Assembly: GCF_900187275.1 (NCBI RefSeq)
Contig: NZ_LT906458.1
Span: 600,001-632,000, forward strand
Direction: 5' to 3'
From: Pasteurella multocida
Lineage (GTDB): Bacteria > Pseudomonadota > Gammaproteobacteria > Enterobacterales > Pasteurellaceae
Length of the DNA: 32,000 nucleotides
The translations under genes were made by a program, and so were the position numbers. Shown here piece after piece: positions 26,745 to 32,000 of the stretch. The notes under the pieces are model-generated. The model ran no database searches. It saw nothing but the letters and a program-made list of their open reading frames with translations, and was not told where the DNA came from. Within the stretch, counting starts at the first letter, position 1. Each line of letters begins with the position of its first letter.

Positions 26745-26981
26745 TTAAGCCGCTACTTGTGGGGATTCAGGATCAGGTTTTAACCCTAGTAGCACTGCTG
26801 TTTTATGGCTTTCTCCCCAAGTACCCTTCAACTGCCCACGAAGCAAGTCGGAAATGGCTTGCTGACTTACCCCAAAGTGTCTCGCCCATTCACTACGGTT
26901 AATTCCATGAAGTAAAAAATAAGCTCTTACACTTTCAGGCGTTTGGGGATAAGGCAAAGGCTTAAATGATGTTTTTGGCAT
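26745..26981 (-). CDS. ner: Ner/Nlp-like early DNA-binding regulator
   Basis: A 78-aa protein with the HTH SEWARHFGVSQQAISDLLRG followed by KGTWGESHKTAVLLGLKP, a pattern I associate with Ner-like proteins of transposable phages. Strong SD GGAGG. It is the first long gene of the leftward operon. Confidence 0.6.
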   Translation of the reverse strand: MPKTSFKPLPYPQTPESVRAYFLLHGINRSEWARHFGVSQQAISDLLRGQLKGTWGESHKTAVLLGLKPDPESPQVAA

Positions 26982-27045
26982 TTCGCCTCCTATGTAAATT
27001 GTGGTAAATTATGGCAGTTAGTTTATTCAACCCGAGGAGCTGAAA

Positions 27046-27273
27046 ATGGAAAACCAACTTGCCGAACTAAAAAAAGAAATAGAAGAATTAAAAATTCAAA
27101 ATCAGCACCAAAACTTACTGCTAACGCTTTTACCTATGGTGCTTGGCGAAGATCAGCGTGCTAAATTTGCTGTGCTGATAAAGGACTTTATTCAGAAGTC
27201 CCAAAAACAATTGCCTGAACAGCTCGTAAGGTTTCTGGGGTCATACCTTCAAGTTTTGGAGAAGGCTGAGTAA
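27046..27273 (+). CDS. Hypothetical 75-aa protein in the switch region
   Basis: SD gaggag lies 6 nt before the ATG. The sequence is protein-like and amphipathic (MENQLAELKKEIEELKIQNQ...). A terminator follows at 27288-27308. It is antisense to the early leader. Confidence 0.55.
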   Translation: MENQLAELKKEIEELKIQNQHQNLLLTLLPMVLGEDQRAKFAVLIKDFIQKSQKQLPEQLVRFLGSYLQVLEKAE

Positions 27274-27337
27274 TCTCACGAATAACTGCCACCACCTGTG
27301 GCTTTTTTAAAAAATAAATCAATAACCGACTAAACAT
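27188..27337 (-). CDS. Candidate 49-aa first ORF of the early transcript (below the ORF-track length cut-off)
   Basis: My own translation of the minus strand gives AGGAGGTGtttATG at 27337, then MFSRLLIYFLKKPQVVAVIREITQPSPKLEGMTPETLRAVQAIVFGTSE, with the stop at 27188-27190. It lies 47 nt downstream of a good minus-strand promoter and overlaps the 3' end of ORF 27046..27273 in antisense. Confidence 0.4.
   Translation of the reverse strand: MFSRLLIYFLKKPQVVAVIREITQPSPKLEGMTPETLRAVQAIVFGTSE
27288..27308 (+). terminator. Short GC hairpin plus T6 after ORF 27046..27273
   Basis: gccac (27288-27292) pairs with gtggc (27298-27302), followed by tttttt (27303-27308). It is directional; on the minus strand the run precedes the hairpin. 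Confidence 0.5.
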
Positions 27338-27390
27338 AAACACCTCCTTTTTTCTGTTGGTTTATGGTTGGCTTGTTGTTGATGTGGTAG

Positions 27391-27423
27391 ATTATTGCAT
27401 TCAATCGAATGCATTTCAAGTAT
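27391..27423. promoter_or_regulatory. Prophage switch: overlapping divergent promoters sharing one 18-bp palindromic operator
   Basis: Minus strand: TTGAAA (27419-27414), 17-bp spacer, AATAAT (27396-27391). Plus strand: TTGCAT (27395-27400), 17-bp spacer, AAGTAT (27418-27423). The palindrome TGCATTC-aatc-GAATGCA (27396-27413) fills the minus-strand spacer and overlaps the plus-strand -35. Confidence 0.6.
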
Positions 27424-27449
27424 TTATTTGAGATCATTTTGAGGTTTTT

Positions 27450-27860
27450 ATGACTACAGTTGGTGAGCGCTTAAAAAATGAGCGAGAAAAATTAAAATTG
27501 ACACAAGAACAATTAGGGGCAATTGGCGGTGTAAAAAGACTAGCTCAAGCAAATTATGAGAGCGGAAAAAGAATACCTGATGCCAGATACCTAGCCGAAA
27601 TAGCAAAAGTAGGGATGGATATAATGTATGTCCTATTCGGTGAGCGTGCCAACACCGCCATCAACGATGAAGAACTACTCCTGCTCCATAAATTCCGCAA
27701 CGCCGACCCAGCAGTGCGTAAATTTATGCTTGGTGAAGGTGTTGCAAAGTCAACAATGAGAATTAAAGGAGATAGAAATAAGCAGAACAAACGTACTAAT
27801 GAGCAATGTTCAATGGAAATTGAAGGTAATAACAATATTCAAATAGCTAATAAAAAATAA
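27450..27860 (+). CDS. XRE/cI-type HTH repressor (prophage immunity repressor candidate)
   Basis: N-terminal HTH_3 pattern GERLKNEREKLKLTQEQLGAIGGVKRLAQANYESGKRIPDARYLAEIAKVGMDIMYVLFGE. The gene is divergent from the Ner/transposase operon. The C-terminal tail carries repeats of M-x-I-x-G-(D/N)-x-N. Confidence 0.8.
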   Translation: MTTVGERLKNEREKLKLTQEQLGAIGGVKRLAQANYESGKRIPDARYLAEIAKVGMDIMYVLFGERANTAINDEELLLLHKFRNADPAVRKFMLGEGVAKSTMRIKGDRNKQNKRTNEQCSMEIEGNNNIQIANKK

Positions 27861-27890
27861 TTTTCTATGAAATTGGTCTAGGAGGATGCT

Positions 27891-28418
27891 ATGTCGATGA
27901 AAATCAAAGGAAACAATAATGTTCAAGTACATTTTAATGAATTTAACATTAACACTATTTTTAGCGATCAACAGTGTCATGGTAATCAGCAAATAGACTT
28001 AACTTTGTTTACAGATAAACAATTGAAGGATGTAAAGCGTAAATTACGTAATGAAAGAATTAAAATTTTATTTAGTGCACTATCACAGAAAGACATCAAG
28101 AGAGTGTTTTTTGGATATTTCATTTTTATTTTTATTTTGAACTGCATTCCAAGATTTTCAAATGAATATGATGTTGAATTATCTTCTTTTGTCTTAAATA
28201 TTGGAATTGCTGTGGGTATTTTTGGTGCATTTATCCTTTGGGCTAGTTGGCTTTGTAAAAAAATGTCTTTTTCTAACAAAGCGATAGATGTTTTATTTAA
28301 AGTAAATCAAAGAAAACAAGACATTATAGAAAAAGAATTACAGCGACGTTTTAATGAATACTGGGCAAGGAAATGTGGTATTAAGAAAGATATTCTGGAA
28401 TATTTTGATAATGATTAA
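27891..28418 (+). CDS. 2-TM membrane protein of unknown function (175 aa), first gene of the repressor-linked cassette
   Basis: SD aggagg. Hydrophobic segments VFFGYFIFIFILNCIP and FVLNIGIAVGIFGAFILWASWL. The N-terminus MSMKIKGNNNVQV repeats the motif found in the repressor tail. Very AT-rich. Confidence 0.7.
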   Translation: MSMKIKGNNNVQVHFNEFNINTIFSDQQCHGNQQIDLTLFTDKQLKDVKRKLRNERIKILFSALSQKDIKRVFFGYFIFIFILNCIPRFSNEYDVELSSFVLNIGIAVGIFGAFILWASWLCKKMSFSNKAIDVLFKVNQRKQDIIEKELQRRFNEYWARKCGIKKDILEYFDND

Positions 28419-28430
28419 AGGGAGTGAAAT

Positions 28431-29021
28431 ATGAAAAAAATAGTAATCTTAATTACTTTGCTGTTTCCATTTATGGTTTTGTCTGCACCAGTTGATGGCT
28501 ATAAGGATTTAAAATTTGGTATGACATTAGAACAAGTACGGAATACTAAACTATGTGATAGTGGATGGCGAACACCTAAACTCAATGAATGGCAGAAAGT
28601 GATCAGAAGTCACTGGATGTGCGATCAGTTTCTTTTTAATAATGGGCATACTTTTGCTGTAGTTCGTTTTATTGGAGGTGAACTTAGTGAAATTGAAATT
28701 GAGATACCAGAATATCCTAAATATACGATAGATGAGCTATCCAATGCATTAACAGAAAAATATGGAAAGCCCATTATAGAAAAAATAGATTTGATAGAAA
28801 AGGATATAAAAGAAGGTCGAACCAAAAAACGTAAAAAAGATGAAAGTAAATTACTTGAACGGCGTAGATTTGCTGACGATACCGTTTCACTACGCTTTTT
28901 TACTTATAACGGTAAAGTTGAGCTTCCAACTCTCTTTTACTCAGTACCGAATATAAAAAAATACTCTGATACTGAAGAATCAAATAAAGCTGAAAAGAAA
29001 GCTCTCATAGATTCACTTTGA
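28431..29021 (+). CDS. Secreted/periplasmic hypothetical protein (196 aa)
   Basis: SD gggag. Signal peptide MKKIVILITLLFPFMVLSA. Two Cys residues in the mature N-terminal half and a Lys-rich central segment. No family recognised. Confidence 0.7.
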   Translation: MKKIVILITLLFPFMVLSAPVDGYKDLKFGMTLEQVRNTKLCDSGWRTPKLNEWQKVIRSHWMCDQFLFNNGHTFAVVRFIGGELSEIEIEIPEYPKYTIDELSNALTEKYGKPIIEKIDLIEKDIKEGRTKKRKKDESKLLERRRFADDTVSLRFFTYNGKVELPTLFYSVPNIKKYSDTEESNKAEKKALIDSL

Positions 29022-29078
29022 AATAAGTTATAAGCAACAAGTACATACTTAACAGGCTGATTTAATTGAGGTAATGTT

Positions 29079-29318
29079 ATGAATACTGATTTCTTGGAAC
29101 GTTTGGAATATGCCGTAAATATGGAAGAGAAGAACCTAATGCTTGATAGTAATATTTTTACTGAGTTTCCCAGTATTGAACAATTAAATGCGTTTATTCA
29201 AAAAGAGAAACCAACTCTTTCGTTAAATATTACAGTTATTAAACCTCTTGAACATTTTTCTGAAGGAACTAGTCAAGGAATGAGTAAAATTGATGTTATT
29301 CATATTGAATGGGAGTAA
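29079..29318 (+). CDS. Small acidic hypothetical protein (79 aa)
   Basis: SD gaggt lies 6 nt before the ATG. It is the last gene before the cassette terminator. No family recognised. Confidence 0.55.
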   Translation: MNTDFLERLEYAVNMEEKNLMLDSNIFTEFPSIEQLNAFIQKEKPTLSLNITVIKPLEHFSEGTSQGMSKIDVIHIEWE

Positions 29319-29344
29319 AAATTACTGTTTTTCTTGTGGTAATG

Positions 29345-29377
29345 GAGGCAAGTCATAAGGCTTGCCTCTTGGTTTTA
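29345..29377 (+). terminator. Rho-independent terminator closing the repressor-linked cassette
   Basis: gaggcaagtc (29345-29354) pairs with ggcttgcctc (29359-29368), a 10-bp stem with one G-U pair and the loop ataa, followed by ttggtttta. Confidence 0.75.
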
Positions 29378-29559
29378 TATGTGAAAAAGGTTCATAAATC
29401 AACATAGTCAATTCTCGCTTGTGTTTTTGTTGTACACTATGCCTAAATCTCTCCTAAAATTATTCTAGACGTGTCCAAAATACATCTGACGCAATAAAAG
29501 TCATACTGAAATTCCTTATTAATTGATTTTCAAATCAACCCTAAACCAAGGAGTTTCTT

Positions 29560-29931
29560 ATGTTTTTTAGTGGCTTTATCAAAGCAATCAAAGCTGGGCG
29601 TTTACTTTCGTGGTTAGTCTCAGCATTAGCCTTACTCACGTTAATTACACTCATCTCTCCACATCAATTACCTATCGTAGTTTATAAGCTTGCACTGGTT
29701 TCTATTGCCGCTATTGTAGGCTATCACTTAGACAGAGCCCTTTTTCCTTATTCAAGCCCTGGTGGCTATTTAAAGCGAAACTGGAAGAATAAATATCGGC
29801 TCACACCACGTGTTGACAATGAACCAGAATATGCCGTTTGTGATGGTTATTTAATAGTATTTGCGTTAGTTGTTTTACGGCGTGCTGTGATTGTCGGTGC
29901 GGTGATGTTAGGTGTCACGCTAGGGATTTAA
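29560..29931 (+). CDS. Multi-TM small membrane protein, putative holin
   Basis: 123 aa with 3-4 hydrophobic segments. SD aaggag. It lies immediately upstream of the endolysin gene (1-nt gap) and is the first gene of the rightward late block. Confidence 0.5.
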   Translation: MFFSGFIKAIKAGRLLSWLVSALALLTLITLISPHQLPIVVYKLALVSIAAIVGYHLDRALFPYSSPGGYLKRNWKNKYRLTPRVDNEPEYAVCDGYLIVFALVVLRRAVIVGAVMLGVTLGI

Positions 29932-29932
29932 T

Positions 29933-30532
29933 ATGCGAAGACTTTATGCCTTATTCATCGTTTTGGTTGCACTTGTTATTAGTCCTGTATTTGCAACAAG
30001 TACGCAATACAAGCGTGTCTTAACGCAAGAAAGTCATGCAAACTGGGGCTTAAATGCCCCAATTGCAGTCTTTGCGGCACAAGTTCATCAAGAGTCAAAC
30101 TGGAATGTAAAAGCCATCTCGCCTGTTGGCGCACAAGGCTTAACGCAATTCATGCCATCAACGGCAAAATGGATAGCTCAACGCTATCCCTCACTTGCCA
30201 TAAATCAGCCATTTAACCCTAACTGGGCGCTTCGAGCTTTAGTCGTTTACAACAAATACCACTACGACAAGATTGCCGCAAAAACGGAATGTGACCGCAT
30301 TGCATTTACGTTATCAGCGTATAACGGTGGCTTAGGTTGGGTGCAGCGTGACAAGAAGAAAGCCCAAGCACAAGGGTTGGATCCCTTGTTGTACTGGAAT
30401 AACGTCGAACAAGTAAATGCTGGTCGAAGTCGGGCTAATTTTGCTGAAAACCGTGGCTATCCAAAACGAATTATCTACTACTGGCAGCCACGCTATATAA
30501 CCTGGGGAAATACCGTATGTTTGCACGATTAA
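29933..30532 (+). CDS. Endolysin, lytic transglycosylase (SLT domain) with an N-terminal signal/anchor sequence
   Basis: SLT motifs VHQESNWN (catalytic Glu), GAQGLTQFMPSTA and SAYNGGLG. The N-terminus MRRLYALFIVLVALVISPVFA suggests an exported or SAR-type enzyme. Confidence 0.85.
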   Translation: MRRLYALFIVLVALVISPVFATSTQYKRVLTQESHANWGLNAPIAVFAAQVHQESNWNVKAISPVGAQGLTQFMPSTAKWIAQRYPSLAINQPFNPNWALRALVVYNKYHYDKIAAKTECDRIAFTLSAYNGGLGWVQRDKKKAQAQGLDPLLYWNNVEQVNAGRSRANFAENRGYPKRIIYYWQPRYITWGNTVCLHD

Positions 30533-30963
30533 TTAAAGGACTGTTTAGTAGTAGCCTTGGTAAGCATTTGATTAATGGCATATTAATTGCTGTAGTCTCT
30601 ATTTGGGGCTACTACCAAGCCTATAAAAGTGGTTATCAAGCGTCTCGTTTAGAATTTGAAATTATTAAAAACCAAGTGGTACAGGCGCAGTTACTTGCGC
30701 TGGATAAACAAATTAAACAAGCCAATCAAGCGAATTTAGCCCTAAGTGAAAATTTAGGGCGTTATCAGCAACTGGGAGATAAGACCACAGATGAATTACA
30801 AAAAATATTGGCAAAAACAAATGAACTACGTCGCCATTGCCAGTTTAATGCTGACAGCATGCACGCACTCAATCTCGCCCGCACCCGTGCAGCCCAAGCA
30901 GTTACCCGCGGTATTGGCAATACCATGTCAAGCACCAGTGCCATTACCAATGAATCAAAGTGA
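30517..30963 (+). CDS. Rz-like inner-membrane spanin (i-spanin)
   Basis: N-terminal TM segment LINGILIAVVSIWGYYQAY followed by a coiled-coil-rich periplasmic domain. The start overlaps the endolysin 3' end by 16 nt. Confidence 0.7.
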   Translation: MFARLIKGLFSSSLGKHLINGILIAVVSIWGYYQAYKSGYQASRLEFEIIKNQVVQAQLLALDKQIKQANQANLALSENLGRYQQLGDKTTDELQKILAKTNELRRHCQFNADSMHALNLARTRAAQAVTRGIGNTMSSTSAITNESK

Positions 30964-31063
30964 TGCGGTATTCATCGCATTAAAGCAAATGTATGACTTA
31001 TATGGCGAATGCGCGGGACGGCATATTGAATTAATAAACTATATTATCAGGGAGGAAAAATGA
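30791..31063 (+). CDS. Rz1-like outer-membrane lipoprotein spanin (o-spanin), overlapped architecture
   Basis: Lipobox LMLTAC followed by a Pro-rich mature region (SPAPVQPKQLPAVLAIPCQAPVPLP). It starts inside Rz in another frame and extends 100 nt past the Rz stop. The start could be 30791 or 30821. Confidence 0.7.
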   Translation: MNYKKYWQKQMNYVAIASLMLTACTHSISPAPVQPKQLPAVLAIPCQAPVPLPMNQSDAVFIALKQMYDLYGECAGRHIELINYIIREEK

Positions 31064-31410
31064 TTGAGGTTGGGGGCTGGCAAGTGATCACTTTCTTTGT
31101 GAGTCTTGTCATTACAATTATCGGCATGTTGATTGGTTTCGGTAAGCTTTTACTCTCACAATTTGAGGCAAAACTGAATGAAAAATTTAAATTCAGTGAA
31201 GAACGATACAGACAACTGCATGATGATATTAAAGCAGCTAAAGACTTATCTGAAGCAGCGAATAAAACAGTGACAGAGTTAAAAACATCATTACCACTTG
31301 ATTACCAGCGTCGAGAAGACGCAGTGCGTAGTGAAACAGTCAATTCGGCACGTTATGACACAATTAACGAAAAGCTGGATAAAGTCATTTTAATGTATGG
31401 ACGGAGCTAA
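31060..31410 (+). CDS. Single-TM protein (Mu gp25-like / DUF2730-like position)
   Basis: N-terminal TM segment VITFFVSLVITIIGMLIGF followed by a charged helical region. ATGA overlap with the o-spanin stop. The family assignment rests on position and my recollection only. Confidence 0.5.
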   Translation: MIEVGGWQVITFFVSLVITIIGMLIGFGKLLLSQFEAKLNEKFKFSEERYRQLHDDIKAAKDLSEAANKTVTELKTSLPLDYQRREDAVRSETVNSARYDTINEKLDKVILMYGRS

Positions 31411-31717
31411 CATGATTGAATTTGACAAAAACAAACGCGAGCACATTCGGTGGCTTATTTTATTAACACTTGACCACGCACGTCCTATCGGAGCCGCAGA
31501 AAGTCTTATTTTAAGCACGATCCAATGTGTGCCAATGCAATTAACGGCATTAGAACTTAGACGTGAATTAGATTACTTAGCAGGTAAAGAACTCATTTGC
31601 ATCACAGGTCGTGAAACCATGCGTTGGCATGCCAAACTCACAAGTAAAGGTATTGACGTTGTGGAATATACCGCGCCTGTTGGCGCTGGGATTGCTCGTC
31701 CAGAAAAATATTGGTAA
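31397..31717 (+). CDS. Small conserved late-region protein (Mu gp26-like position)
   Basis: A 106-aa ORF that overlaps the upstream gene by 14 nt and directly precedes the gp27-like gene. Confidence 0.5.
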   Translation: MDGANMIEFDKNKREHIRWLILLTLDHARPIGAAESLILSTIQCVPMQLTALELRRELDYLAGKELICITGRETMRWHAKLTSKGIDVVEYTAPVGAGIARPEKYW

Positions 31718-31728
31718 TGGAGGTATCT

Positions 31729-32000
31729 ATGCCAAAACGTTCTACGGTAAAAGCATTACCTCAATCAATTAGAGATTGGCTTGATTCTGCACTAGTTGAA
31801 AATAATTTTAGTGGTTATCGTGAGCTTGAAGATGAACTTAAAAAGCGTGGTTATGACATTTCAAAAAGTGCAGTCCATCGCTACGGGCAAAAGCTTGAAC
31901 AACGTCTCGCGTCAATAAAAGCAAGTGCCGAAGCCGCTAAAGTTATTTCTGAAAATATCAGTAATGAAAAAGGTGTCCAAAGTGATGCGATTTTAGAAAT
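31729..32000 (+). CDS. Mu gp27-like protein (DUF3486; putative terminase small subunit); 3' end lies outside the window
   Basis: SD ggaggt lies 4 nt before ATG 31729. My translation is MPKRSTVKALPQSIRDWLDSALVENNFSGYRELEDELKKRGYDISKSAVHRYGQKLEQ..., the pattern I recall for FluMu/Mu gp27-family proteins. The ORF is open to the window end. Confidence 0.65.
   Translation, partial: MPKRSTVKALPQSIRDWLDSALVENNFSGYRELEDELKKRGYDISKSAVHRYGQKLEQRLASIKASAEAAKVISENISNEKGVQSDAILE

Larger units (their letters stand above)
17943..32000. mobile_element. Mu-like transposable prophage, continuing beyond the window. The left boundary is approximate, lying somewhere within 17943-18060
   Basis: Contains Mor, GemA, DUF3164, MuB-like AAA+ ATPase, MuA-like DDE transposase, a Ner-like regulator, an XRE repressor, an SLT endolysin, Rz/Rz1 spanins and Mu gp25/26/27-like late genes. 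Only one USS occurs in about 14 kb. Confidence 0.88.

Noticed and set aside
27554-28825. Minus-strand ORFs 27554..27835, 27810..27992, 27986..28279 and 28625..28825, opposite the repressor and cassette genes.
   Set aside because: They have no SDs and low-complexity Ser/Leu/Ile-rich products, while the plus-strand genes have strong SDs and recognisable features (HTH, TM helices, signal peptide).
18046-29389. An identical 12-mer, TATGTGAAAAAG, near the left prophage end (18046-18057) and upstream of the late genes (29378-29389), considered as a possible shared Mor or transposase site.
   Set aside because: With about 5e8 position pairs and an AT-biased composition, tens of 12-mer matches are expected by chance. 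It is not significant without further evidence. The local 8-mer recurrence at 18087 is mentioned only within the junction finding.
29523-29538. The palindrome TTGATTT-tc-AAATCAA, 22 nt upstream of the holin start, which initially looked like an FNR box.
   Set aside because: The TTGAT and ATCAA halves are separated by 6 nt rather than 4, so it does not fit the FNR/CRP-family consensus. It is also too AT-rich, and its loop too short, for an RNA hairpin. It may still be a late-activator site, but I cannot support that.

Overview
The window comes from a Pasteurellaceae-type chromosome. Eight perfect Hin-type uptake signal sequences (AAGTGCGGT) are present, and several sit in terminator hairpins. 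From left to right it contains: (1) core genes, namely the putA 3' end, a secreted hypothetical protein, a very AT-rich membrane-anchored pentapeptide-repeat protein, a dppA-like peptide-binding protein and thrS; (2) a roughly 7 kb accessory cluster between thrS and infC, encoding a TauE/SafE exporter, a Na+/solute symporter, a cytoplasmic Cys-type sulfatase, a Crp/Fnr-family regulator, an anaerobic sulfatase-maturating radical-SAM enzyme and a YeaD-like hexose-6-P mutarotase; (3) infC (AUU start), rpmI and rplT, followed by a 650 bp AT-rich non-coding tract and a frameshifted 'headless' trimeric-autotransporter anchor gene; (4) from about 17.94-18.06 kb to the window end, a Mu-like transposable prophage. 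Its early arm (Ner-like, MuA-like, MuB-like, DUF3164, GemA, Mor) runs leftward on the minus strand. Its immunity, accessory, lysis and packaging genes run rightward, an arrangement I recall from BcepMu/B3 rather than Mu. The most interesting unexplained content is a three-gene AT-rich cassette cotranscribed with the prophage repressor, which shares a repeated peptide motif with the repressor tail. Also notable are the compact switch region with overlapping divergent promoters and convergent ORFs, the AT-rich early accessory genes, the self-contained cytoplasmic sulfatase module and the orphan 2-TM pentapeptide-repeat gene. I found no rRNA, tRNA or CRISPR array.
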